From Catajapyx aquilonaris (taxonomy: Eukaryota), in the NCBI GenBank assembly GCA_000934665.2, contig JYFJ02004000.1, positions 1-35,667 of the forward strand: a stretch of DNA of 35,667 bases, in the 5' to 3' direction. Both the position numbers and the translations under genes were made by a program. Each line of letters starts with the position of its first letter. Position 1 is the stretch's first letter. The notes beneath the pieces were generated by a model. That model ran no database searches, was not told the DNA's origin, and was given only the letters and a program-made list of their open reading frames with translations. Of the stretch, positions 1 through 11,723 are shown piece after piece.

Positions 1-252
1 GGGGATCTGGTTGTGTCCGAAGCCAACTTCCCTTAGTGCCCGTAGGGAAGGGCGGAGCTACTATCCAACGTCGCCTAACTTGGCCAGGTGGCCAGGCGGC
101 GCCACTCTCGAACAGACCTCGAATTTTTTCCGACTTTCGTCCCTTCCCCTGACATTACCGTTCGTCTCAGAGATAAACGGATGGTATCACCGGAATCAGG
201 ATTTTTTGCCTGAATTTTACAGATCAACTTGTATTTTGAGTGGAGTGTCCCT
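1..252. mobile_element. Probable right end of a Kolobok-type non-autonomous DNA transposon (left part outside window)
   Basis: Ends in ...GGAGTGTCCCT followed by TTAA (253-256). The reverse complement TTAA-AGGGACACTCC matches the TTAA-flanked AGG termini typical of Kolobok elements. The partner terminus is not visible. Confidence 0.4.
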
Positions 253-1658
253 TTAAGTAATCGGTGTTTACTTCGAGTCTAAAGATCCGTTTGAAATTCA
301 ATATGTGATTCTGTCATTCTTCACAATAAATTGCGCTCAGCTTGTCTATATTCACTGGACTCCTCATAATTACAAACCCTCTGGGGTATTTTGACCAAAA
401 ACCCTGCAAACGAGTGCTTCTCTATTATTGCTGCACCTGATTCCAGCAGACGGTTACGCAACATGCTCTGGAGTAACCCGAGTCCCCCATGTCTTTATGT
501 ATTTTTCCTGCCGTCCCTGGTACATAACAATGCCACTGATTGGTGGATTTGTGGAGTGGAAAACAGGGCATTAGAGATCCATTACCTTGGTTTCTTCTCC
601 ACAAAGAGGGCCCTTAATGGCCACTTCTTGCCAGGTGGGGGGTGAGGGTGGGAGGGGATGAGAGAGAAAATAATTCATTGGGAAGGATCCACCGCAGGGA
701 GTCAGCTTACAACCAGTCAACTTCACTTTGTCAACACCACCATTCACAAAGTGTTGGAAACTCGGTCAATTAGACTTGGCTCTTGCTGGAAATACTCAAA
801 GAGAGAGACTTCAGCTTGAAGGAAAGGCTAAAGAGACAATTTGTAAAAGACATGAAGCGGAAATTTTAGCAAAAAAAATGAGAATAAAGCTATTTCTATG
901 GATACAAGTAGTTTCCTTTGGATTCTCACATTATCCGTTTTTGCGCATTTTTAATGATGCGCCCATTTCACAATAATAATGAAAATAATGTGACATCATT
1001 AGGAACTTGAGCAGTGTTTCAAAACTCCAAAATGTATACAGCAATTAATGTCACTTGGAGTAGCATTTGTTAGAATAATTCAATTTTTGAAAAGACAATT
1101 ATATTCACTACGGCTCAGTTTAAGTAGCCTCATTCCTAGAAGTTTTACAAACTATATGCTACCAACCTGTACAATTTTAATGCAACCTGTGTAATACACT
1201 GTACTTGTTACAATGTATTGTTGCATCTGAGTGACCTTTAATCACATACACAAAAATAGCCACCGTAACCCCTAATCTTGTGCGAATCGATATAACTTTC
1301 CCGGAAGTAATTTAGGAACCTGCCAGCAGACACTAATTGAAGTAAAGGGGTTTCCCCCTGGGAATTTTTTGCAACAGGAAGCTCCGCCAAATACTGTATG
1401 AACAAAAAAATATCGCTAATTAGTGGTCTGATCAAGTTTAAAGTTGGAGGATAAAAAAATAGTAATTAGGAGAAGTAACCCAAAATCTTTCGAGCAGGTC
1501 GTCGGGTCAAGGTTTCGCTCGACGCCCACTCGAACCTAAATGAGTCGTTATTTCTAACGCAGAGTTTGCACTGCTAATTTGCATTTGATATGATTGGCCG
1601 ATATTTTTGCAAAATTGCGGAGGGGGGGGGGGAGAGAGTATTTGCGAAAAAGCTGACT

Positions 1659-1755
1659 TGACGTCACCAGACAGGCGCAAGGAGTCGTTTGCCAAAGAAG
1701 AAGATAGTCCTTCAGATCGATTCATTCCCGCTGAAATTCGCGGACGGAAAGGACC
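1659..1755 (+). promoter_or_regulatory. Putative TATA-less Inr+DPE core promoter of the GPCR gene, with an upstream CRE
   Basis: TCATTC (Inr consensus TCAKTY) at 1722-1727, with GGACC (DPE RGWYV) exactly at +28 (1751-1755) from A1724. MTE-like CGGACGGAAA at 1741-1750 and TGACGTCA at 1659-1666. A strong donor CAG|GTGAGT follows at 1781/1782. Confidence 0.4.
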
Positions 1756-2045
1756 ATGGACGGATGAGACAAGCTCAACAGGTGAGTCGCAACATTTTTG
1801 CAATTATTCATGATTACTCATTCATCATTTAAGATTTTCTAAACATTTACGCTATTTACAGTTCCATTAGACGCATTTGTAATGATTTTTCTTTATAAGT
1901 TACACAAAAATGTTTCGGACAGTGGCACAATCGTCTGCATTCTGTTGGGCAGCGCACTTTCCTGCGTATCACACGATGTTGAATTTATTGCCAATTCCCT
2001 TTCAGATAATGTGTCAGTCGTTTGGCGTAATGGTTTCATGCAGAA

Positions 2046-5000
2046 ATGGCGGGAACACAACCATCGTACCCGACAGCGGTTCCGAAGTGTTGTCAGCATG
2101 ATTTTGCTCACAGAGTCACGCCGGATCACGGCTTCATCTGCCAGCCTATCAATGGCACCCAGAGCAACGTGTCCTCAACGCAGACATTCAACTGGAACCT
2201 GACCGCCTTCGAGGCGATGACCCCTGACCCGGACGTGTTTGAGGTCACCGAAGGTCGAACACCAGACTGCCACCTGTTGCACCTTCAACCTAAGGTGTAT
2301 CAGGGCGATTTATTTTATCTGCTCACAAACGGTAGTCTGTACGTCCCAGGTGAGTTCAACTCTGACTAAATTTTTACAATAATATAACATAGTTAATAGG
2401 AATAAGTGCAATTAACATTCATAGTCATAATTGCGCCTGGACCAAAAAAAATGTCGCGATTCATTCGTTGTTTCTCCCACGGGCTTGCAATACTCTCAGG
2501 TCATGTTGGGTCATGGACTGGTCTGTACAATCAATCTCAGTACTGCCTGGAGCACCTGTTGACCTCTGACCCAACCGAGCTTCCTGAAGCCCTGGTGTGC
2601 TTCAATATCCACGAAGAGCTGATTGAGAAGGGCCACCACATGATGAGATCTCACGGAATGGATGTGGTTTACGCCTTGGGCGCCCTGACCTCTGACCTCT
2701 GCCTGCTGGTGACCGTGGCTGCTTTCGTGCTGCTGCCGGACATGCGCAACCTATACGGGAAGAGCCTGCTGGCCCACGTGTCCAGCCTGTTCGCGGCTTA
2801 TCTGGCCTATTTCGTCGCCATGATGTTCGGGGAAGTCATGCATCCTGTACCATGTCAGGTCACAGGTCAGTCAGGGTCCTGTTATTCTCACGTTATTAGA
2901 TTGCGGAAGACTAAGTGTACCATCATACATGCGCCTCACGTGTCAGAAATCCTTCCTGTGCATATTGGATATATGGTGGAAATTAATGATGACATAACAT
3001 ATAACTTATATCCGAATTAGATTGGACGACGTGACTGGCTGCGAGGTGATCTAATTAACCTGCCGCGTCACTCCAGCGAGAATGATCGTTACGTCGCTGC
3101 ATAATTAACTTTGCAACGCAGTTTGATTAATCCGATAATCAAATCAACGTAATTCATTAGGGAAAGTGCATCTTATGGCACTTACTAATAATAATAATAA
3201 TTCAATATTAGCGACGAAGCTGTTTTGTGATAAGTACAGCAAGTTAATTTTTGCTCATTCTTCATGGGTATGCATGAAATTTCAAATGTTTTCAAAGTCG
3301 TCGCTCGTAATAGAACCAGTTGTCATAATAGCAGCAGTTGTTGCACCAAAATGGACTGTGGATTAAAGTTACGATGTTTATATAAACGACATCCACTTTC
3401 CCATGAACTAAGTGGTCTTGCACTGTATCTTCCAGGAATTGCCCTTCACTACTTCTTTCTGTCGTCGTTTTGCTGGCTGACAGTAATGTGCTGGGACATG
3501 TGGTGGAAATTCAGGTGAGCATTGGAGTAATGCAACGTGCATATGTGGTGCGCCTTTAAGTGCGTCGTAAACTCCGCAACGGCCCCATAAAACCCTCTCG
3601 TTCATAATCGCCATCTTGTAAAAAATAAAAAAAGACGTTTCCATTTTCTTTCATCCCTGGCGAGGCATGAAACTCGATTCTAATGAAGAAGTTATACGAT
3701 GCACTTGGGCCGTAACGTCGTGAATGACTCTAGTAATAACACATTCATTCGTCGTGCAGGAAGCAAGTCCCTGCCAAGAGTCTGAGGAGCAACAGGCAGT
3801 TCGTGACGTACTGCTTGGTCGGGTGGGGAGGACCAATGGTGTTCGTCGTCGCCTCGGTCCTACTCAACTACCTGCCGGGGATTCCCAGCGACGTCATCAA
3901 GCCTCGTTACGGACAGGACAGCTGCTGGATCGTTGGTTAGTCCACGTAACGCTCCACGTATTACGACGAACGAAAGACGTTCTCGGCAGTCACTACAAAT
4001 CGTGAAATGAGTTCATACGACATGGTAACAAAGACTTTATTTTGATTTTAGGCCAGAATGTAACTTCCAACAGTTCATACAAGGACTATCAATATTAGCA
4101 GAACCGTACATTTTTTTGTAGCTATAATGGCTAAAAGGTGTTGACGGTATAGGCTGTCTGAATAATATTGTAACTCTCTCTCCATCTCCATAACGAATGG
4201 TGTTACACCCTTTAGATTAGACACGCAGCGTCCAGTAATGGTCCACCAATATCTGAACTTCACTCGCTTTTATTGCTCATGTCCATCTCAGGGTCCCGTA
4301 AGGAGAGTTTCGTGTACTTCTTCGGTCCGGTGACCCTCCTCCTATCGGCCAACCTGACCTTCTTCGTGCTGACCTCCAGGACCATCCGGAAGGCCCAGAG
4401 AGACTCCAGCGACCTCTGGAAGAATCCGGACAGCCGGAGACACGCCTTCGCTAGAAAAGCCAACAGGAAGAGGTGATACCAACGATATTCTAGCCTTACC
4501 TTGTCGACAATCTCCAGTGGGCAGTTTGTGTCCATTCTTTCCTTGTACAATGTTGGACATAAATCGAGGCATACTGCTAGCGACATTTTCCGAAGCGGCA
4601 GAAGAAGGAATCTTGCTCGCCCGGCTTGCACTATCCTCATCTTCGATTCCTTCTTCTGCCGCTTCGGAAAATGTCGCTAGCAGCATGCCTCGATTAATGT
4701 CCAACACTGTACGTACGTGACCATAAGTTAAGCACTGTTATGTGCTGTGCATTTGGCATTGTTTCCAACAGTACTGACCGGTCCTTGTTTTGTCCAATCC
4801 CAGGATGGTCCTGTATCTGAAGCTTTTCGTTGTGATGGGCCTTTTTTGGACTGCGGAAGTGACGTCATGGGCCCTGCAGGAGGGACTGGACGCCCCAGCT
4901 AAGTACTTCTACCCGACGGACATACTCAACAGCCTGCAGGGAGTCTTCATATTCCTGGTGTCGGTCGGGAAGAGGAAGGTCGCGGCCAGGTTATGGGGAA

Positions 5001-5143
5001 AGGTCACCGGGAGCAAGGTCATTGGGGTCAAGATGAAGGTCAGGATGATGGGCCAAGGGGTCAACGGGTCGTCTCCATCCAACTCGATCCACTCGCGGAG
5101 CACAGGCACTTCTCTCGTGTCCAATGGGAGCCTCAGAAATTGA
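2046..5143 (+). CDS. Methuselah-like G protein-coupled receptor (Mth/Mthl family, class B/secretin-type 7TM); 5' end uncertain
   Basis: Exons 2044-2349, 2500-2865, 3436-3514, 3760-3935, 4292-4472 and 4804-5143 have GT-AG introns with compatible phases (481 aa from ATG 2046). Mth ectodomain motifs VPKCC, FYLLTNGSLY and YCLE are present. TM motifs: LLVTVAAFVLLPDMRNLYGK, HYFFLSSFCWLTVMCWD, YCLVGWGGP, KPRYGQDSCW, YFFGPVTLLLSANLTFF, LYLKLFVVMGLFW, DILNSLQGVFIF. A probable upstream exon ends at 1781. Confidence 0.9.
4548..4709. mobile_element. Tc1/mariner-type MITE in the last GPCR intron
   Basis: TA on both sides (4546-47, 4710-11). Long near-perfect inverted arms CAATGTTGGACATAAATCGAGGCAT... / ...ATGCCTCGATTAATGTCCAACACTG, with Tc1-like CAGTG terminus. 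Confidence 0.85.
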
Positions 5144-5436
5144 TGGCCTCCAGCAGCAGGGTTGCCAGAAATTCACACTATCCAATACAGTGTTGCCAGG
5201 TTCACGCCCCTCGTCAGGAAGTTTCATAAATGCACGAGGAGGGTGGCCAAAATAATTTACAACCACATTTCTGAAATAGTATCTTTCAGGTGGCCAAATA
5301 TTTTAAGCCGTGGTATACAAGTGTAAAAGACGTGCAATTGGGTCATGTTCCCCGTAATGCACCATTTAAAAGCGTTCTTCAATGTGAGCTACCATATATC
5401 CCATCCTTTGCAGTCCATGTGATTTTAGAAAACGGG

Positions 5437-5442
5437 AATAAA
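5437..5442 (+). terminator. Candidate polyadenylation signal of the GPCR gene
   Basis: AATAAA ~290 nt after the stop codon, followed by T/GT-rich sequence. A second AATAAA lies at 5857-5862. Confidence 0.4.
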
Positions 5443-5680
5443 AGAGATCGAGCAGTATAGGCTATATCTATTGTTTTGGAAATGTTACTGATTGATGAAA
5501 AAGCAAATTTAATAACGATTATTTATAATACTGTCATATTCTTCTTCAACGTCTGGCATTATTTTCTTACAGGCCTGCGGAGGATTCATAAAGATTCTAA
5601 GGGAAATATATAGTAGGTCTAATGTATGTCACTTCTTGTCATTTTGAATCAACTTGAATGGTTTTGTCAGGTGTTATTAA

Positions 5681-5836
5681 CCCTGTAATGCCACTAATCT
5701 AAGTAATGCCCACTGGGTCATATCTGGCACACCATTTAGTGCAATTTTTGCAACTTTTGCAATTTTTATATTTTCTGTAAGTGTGCCAAATTGCACTAAA
5801 TGGTGTGCCAGATATGACCCAAGGGGCATTACAGGG
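5681..5836. mobile_element. piggyBac-type MITE
   Basis: TTAA on both sides (5677-80, 5837-40). Termini CCCTGTAATGCC...GGCATTACAGGG. Internal arms GGGTCATATCTGGCACACCATTTAGTGCAATTT are inverted. Confidence 0.85.
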
Positions 5837-6766
5837 TTAAAAACAATCAAAGATGCAATAAAACCCTTCTCACAATCATCCTTCCACTGCTCCTGTTCTA
5901 TTAACTAGGTACTTTTAATAATGGCATGTTTGGCAAGACAGTACGTGGAATCACATTTTGCAAATAGGCATAATTAGGATGAGATAACTAAAATTATGCC
6001 GCTAAATTATAGCCTCTGGCATATTTGTTATGCATACGTCTTTGTATCATACGTCGTATCCTCCCAAACCTGCCCAGTGACGCCAGCCAGCAGAAACTTA
6101 GCGAATAAAAAAATCCTAGCAAAATTATGCACGCAATACTCAATTATGCAAAGAAGCACTTTGCAGCGAATGATTCACCACTGTGGAAAACTTTCACATG
6201 TAAAAAAATACGTACGTTTACTTATATTTTGAGAGGCACGTTCAAACAAAATTTGAACAAAAAATATTTTATGAAATGATTGGGATTGGGATGGGGGGAG
6301 GGGGGGGAGGACTCGTGGATTTAAAAGTCGCCAAATCTCCGTTGGAATTTGCGCGGGGATTTTTATTATTTATTTGAATGATAAGAAAGTAGCAACTTCA
6401 AGAAAACAATATTTCAAACTTGAAAATAATATCCATGTAGGCTATAATTATGATTATTGAAAGAGTCTCCAATCCAGAGGTTAACGCATATTATAGTAAT
6501 TATTTTAAATATCATTATTCAAAAAACTGTACACTGAATCTATATTTTGTATTTTTCTGTTCTTGAACTTGATTCCTTACTTTCTACGGTATGAGCAATA
6601 TCTGTGAGGCAATATCAATATCATTAACAATTATTGTAAAATTTGCAGGTTTTAACTTCTAATACCAGCAATAATTCATTCGAGTGATTTTAAGTCAGAT
6701 ACACATAAGAAACTGCTATAAAAGGTATTCAGTTTTTAAAAAGAAAGAGTAGAAGTAATAGAGTAA

Positions 6767-6941
6767 AGCCTTGTTTCCACCGGCAAAATATTTTTGAGCA
6801 CAAAATGAAAAGCACAGACATCGAGCACAAAATCAAACAAACATTATAATTATTACTTTATTAGTAATCGCTGAGCAACAAAAAAAATGATCTGGCTTGC
6901 ATTTTATCCAGAACAAAAATTAGGCCTGTGGAAACAAGGCT
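6767..6941. mobile_element. PIF/Harbinger (Tourist-like) MITE
   Basis: TAA TSD (6764-66, 6942-44). TIRs AGCCTTGTTTCCACCGGC / GCCTGTGGAAACAAGGCT match at 17 of 18 positions. Confidence 0.75.
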
Positions 6942-8063
6942 TAAAAGAAACATGCCTGAACGATTTTAATCAAAGTGAATATATTAATCGGATTTGAGGA
7001 TATCATATCGAGAATATTTTGCAAGTTTAAATTGGGTTTTCCCCTCATGACACGATCGTTCTGCAACCAATGCGCAGATATTATCATGTTCGATTCGCAT
7101 TTTTTTTGCAATAGCCGCCAAGGTCTTGCGCATTAATTTGACACTTTCCAGAGCAAGCAGTTCGTGGAATTTGCGAGCAAAAAATATGACGGATTATAAC
7201 CTGTTGGAGAGCCTGCCTTGTTATTGCTTCTTACTGCAATGTTTTCTTTCCCACCCACCCCCTACCCTCCTCCACCTGCAAGACAGGCTGCGCATAATAA
7301 GTTGCGAAAAAACACACGCCGACCCGTCATTTCCTCTTGATGTATGTAACAAGATAAGAAGGCAACACGTTACATCACTCCATTGTCAAGGTCGTTTGGT
7401 GCTTCTTGCGTTGTTCAGTCCATTCAACGAGTACTTCTGTTTCATATTTTAACTTATGCATTGCCGATTGTGATGATGCATATTCTGGATTATTATTATA
7501 TTGCAGCTACATTTTACAGATTCCAAGGTGTTCAATCTGTGATGGATGAAAATATCACAGGCAGTAGCATTTCAAGCAATGTTTGCAAATTGCAAATTAT
7601 TTTGTTCGCGACGACGACGGGACGGAGTTTGAAGAGGTTGTCATTAAAATAAAATGCAATTGAACTATGCACTGACTTACATGACTGTTTACTCCAAATT
7701 CGAAAAGAATGAAAACCCGCAAGTAAACTAGAACCACTAGTAAAATCCCAACGTTGAAAATCTACCTGAAATGATAAATTTCACGACAAATTTTGAAAGC
7801 CAGAAAGTGACGCGGATCGATTACCAGAATTATATTATTTTGTCACTGATGTAATAATTATAATAGGCTAACTATGAACCTTTAAGGCTAACTGCACCGA
7901 TGGTTATGCAACCGCAAATTTTCTCATCGTGGTTCAAAGCAATCAAGTGGGCCGGTCCATCTCAACATGCTAAGTAAATTTAATTACACGCGAGGCCCCT
8001 AATAAGATTTACGTACTTAGAGAGGTACACCGCAACATCAAAAATGGCCGACCATTCGCAGCA

Positions 8064-8099
8064 TATAAAAAGGTGGACATGAAATTTTTGTTTGCAGTT
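8064..8099 (+). promoter_or_regulatory. TATA box and Inr-like site of Takeout gene A
   Basis: TATAAAA at 8064-8070, GCAGTT about 30 nt downstream, ATG at 8116. Confidence 0.6.
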
Positions 8100-8115
8100 C
8101 TTTATTTCGATAACA

Positions 8116-10431
8116 ATGCAGAGAGTGCTTGCAATCGGTGCCATTTTGGCCGTTTGTGCGGGAAAGGAATTCACGTTACGTAAGTGACCATCGCCATTAT
8201 GCAAACCTCTTACGAACTCACGTAACACTGCCCAGTGAGTGTCATCTGTGCAAATGAGCGAAAGTCATAAAAGTCTATAAATACTAGTTGTACAGTAATA
8301 TTGTACTGTAGTAGTGTGGAACATGTTACATTTTTCCAGTATTAATTTGAATTTGCCATTAATTATTTCCAGCACCAAAATCTGAGAACTAGACCGAAAA
8401 ATTTGGGGGTGTCATCCACGACCATTTATAATTTTTGGAGGGCTTAGCGCAACGTTTAGTCTTAATTTTATTTTACAAGTTGACAAATTTCGGGTTTGTT
8501 ACTTTTTAACACTGAGCGAGTGTGACTAACACTGCAAGTTTCCATAAATGTCCATATTATCAGGTTTGCTTTAATAATATTGTTATATAATAAATTGCTT
8601 TCGTAAAAAAATAACTTAAAGTAAAGCAGTCAATGACTGTTGTCTTCCTATACTCTCATCGTACATATAAGAAACTGAAATACATTTGTCATGGAGAAAA
8701 CACTTTTGAAATGCTTGTATAGTCTACTGATTGATTAGGTGACAGATCCATCTAAATAGAAATAATTTACCTACCAGATTATATTTCAAACAATTGCAAA
8801 TGACTCGATTAATCATCATCACTGCTGATCAAATGCTATTTCCGTCAATCAGTTGATATGGACCACTTTTCAGCTATCAGCTAATAAGTTAATATCTCGA
8901 TGGCTGCTGCTCGATTGATTTGCATAAAAAGCCAACAGAATATTACTTGTGAAGGCCAAAATATTTCTCGCGTCCAAAACAAGTAGCGCATGACATGACC
9001 ATTAGCGATGAATAAGCTCTAAGATTGTGTGTTTTTTCTTTAATCTGCATTTCAGAGGACGCTTATGACAGGTGCAGGGATTCGTCTCGAAGTGAGGTCG
9101 AGTCATGCGTCATACAACTCGTCAACGATCTCAAGCCTCTTATATTGGACGGTAAGCCAGTTACAATGTCTCAGGTACCACAGTTTAGTATTGTATACCC
9201 ATTATGTAGACGCTTGTCTCTCACTATTTCTCGGAATGTCGAGAATGCTGGAAAACAAAATTTGACCTCCAAAATATTCTCTCCAGAACTTCGCGCATGG
9301 ATGACGTTTTAAATACCCTGCATGTAATATATTATTATCTGGCATCAGGTATACCAGAGCTGGGCCTGACCACTGACGACACTCCGATCGAAGACCTGGA
9401 CTTTGACGAACGAAGCGGTGACAACTATATCAAGGCCCAGTTTTACAACGGTCGAATCAAAGGATTCCATGACATGCACATGAAGAAGCTCAAGTCAGTA
9501 GTACCCGTCTCACTTTATATTGACTGTCCGTCAGATGAAGTTGATGGAAATTCAGTACTGCATGAACTGCACATAATTATAGTATAAAGTGATGTAGTAT
9601 GCTGCCTTCACCCTATAAGCCCTCCTTTTTGTGGTACACTGAACTACCGTCAACGCCTGACGGAAAATAATGTGTGCAGATATAATTATGGAGTGGTAAA
9701 AACCTGCGGGTATTAATTTCCATGTTTGCAGAATCGACTACGACAATAACATGGCTGACTGGGCAATTCTGTATCCGGAGTACCTGTTCAGTGGAAAATA
9801 TGTTCTGGACGCCAACATACTCTTTTTTCCGTTGAGAGGAGAGGGAACATGCTGGTTCAGATGCAGTAAGTTCATTTCAGATAAGTGTAATGTAACATGG
9901 AGAGGCATGTCATATTGTAGTCACACATGAATATTTTATTCCTTCCTTCCTTTCCTTCCTTACCAGCCGACCTTCTCCTGATGGGCTCGAGCAAGTTCGG
10001 CGTGAAGGAAGTAAACGGAGCTCCTCATCTGCAAGAGATCGAGACTAAGTTCGAGTTCGAATACAAGAACATCTCCGCCAGGCTCAACAACCTCTTCGAA
10101 GGGGACCCGCTTCTCAGTACGCTCAATAGTCATATGATCGTTTTCATGTGTCAAAAAACCATGGTTCTTTAAATACCACAGAAATTTCTTTAAACACCAT
10201 GAACTTGTGACATTTTGACTGCATTTAAAGTCAAATAAAATTGTTTTTCTCTCCCCAAATATAGTGGAGGCTGGGGCTGCTTTCGTCAATCAGAACGTGG
10301 ACTTGATGGTGGACGAGCTTCGGCCATCGGTAGGAAGAAGCTTTGCTGAGATCGGAGGAAACACACTGAATAGGATCCTGGCCAAAATTAGATTGGAAGA
10401 CGTGGCCGGAAACAAGTTCTTCAAGGGGTAA
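8116..10431 (+). CDS. Takeout/JHBP-family secreted lipophilic-ligand carrier, paralogue A (251 aa)
   Basis: Exons 8116-8179 (signal peptide MQRVLAIGAILAVCAG), 9056-9151 (two N-terminal Cys), 9349-9493 (GIPELGL), 9732-9865 (PLRGEG), 9967-10116 (LNNLFEGDPLL) and 10265-10431 (FVNQN...DELRP). All introns are GT-AG and the frame is open. GIPELG and LxNLFxGDxxL are Takeout/JHBP hallmarks. Confidence 0.92.
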
Positions 10432-10619
10432 CGCATGCATGTTACATGCCAACAAGGAGATGAAATTGCACCGTACTGTCAAAATGAATGAGATTGTAAT
10501 ATAACTTACGTGTAATTCGGGATATATCAATGTTGACTTATTAGAATTGTATAAAATTGTCAAAACAAGTGGCTCCACATGTGCCAATCACCAAGCAATA
10601 ATATTGCGGTGTGTTTGTA

Positions 10620-10625
10620 AATAAA
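10620..10625 (+). terminator. Candidate polyadenylation signal of gene A
   Basis: AATAAA ~190 nt after the stop codon. Confidence 0.45.
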
Positions 10626-11685
10626 GTTATTTTGACGCCGCCCATTACTCTGAATTGCCTGAGATGTTTCTGTTGTCCAGAGGATCTCATTATGCATGTG
10701 TTTTATTTAGTCTTCGAAGACTCATTTTTGGACTCCAAATTTTATATAAACACTCGTCCTTCGGGAACTGTGAACTTCTGAGTGTCCAAGGGTTCTGCGC
10801 AACTGGACGCACTCTCCAACCTTCTTGTCATTTACAAAGTCCTGTCTATACTCTCTTGAGCTCAAAGAATATCGACTATGTCAGGAAGAGAGAGGCCTGA
10901 AGTTCCTGGAGAAGATGTCCTATATCCCTTTTTGAATCTTTCCCTGTCCATCCAGGACGGGAGTGTCGTCCATCAAAGGGGTGGTCGTGGTCCACCGGTT
11001 ACTTGACCGGACTCACCGGTACCCCCATGCCGTCATCTTTAGCTTCTCTAGTATATTGTGGCTCCATTCTTAGTGCAAATATTACTTGCCATCGTACTCG
11101 TGCCATTATTCCGTCAAAGCCTTCATCTTTCATTCAAGGGCATTGATTGTGACTTAAATGCCTCCAATAAACCATCTCATAAGGTAGGTTTTTTGTGCAT
11201 TTTTACAATGCTCGTTTGTCATAACAAATATAATAATCTCATGAACGAGTTTTCAATGAAGCAACCGGTAACAATAAATTACTAATTGAGCCAACCTTTA
11301 CAGTATAACTTCATGAGAATAAAGTACGGTCCGTTAGAAAATTTTATGCTAGATCATTTTGATTGGAAGACATTTTAAAAAAATCTGGATCAGTAAGTCC
11401 AGTATGTACAATACAAAGCGCAGCAATCAGATGAAGTTCCGATAGGCTCCGTTGTCATATAGGAAAAATGGGCAGAGTGAACCTTCTTGACCTGTTCTGG
11501 GTCAGTAACCTATACCCATGAACTCAAGCAATATTTTGGAATTCCCAAAGTGAAAAAAACTGATCTTATATTCTTGCTTATATTTCTACTCTTCAAGTAG
11601 GCAAATCATGAGATTGAAGTCATTATTAATCCCTCCTTTAGTATAGTACGTGTAGTAGTACTGTAGTACGCGTATTATTATTACG

Positions 11686-11723
<38 letters not shown>
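11686..11723. repeat. (TAC)n microsatellite
   Basis: About 12 perfect TAC units. Confidence 0.95.

Noticed and set aside
8174..8184. TTACGTAA PDP1/VRI-type site in gene A
   Set aside because: It coincides with the exon 1 splice donor (C|GTAAGT), which largely explains the match.
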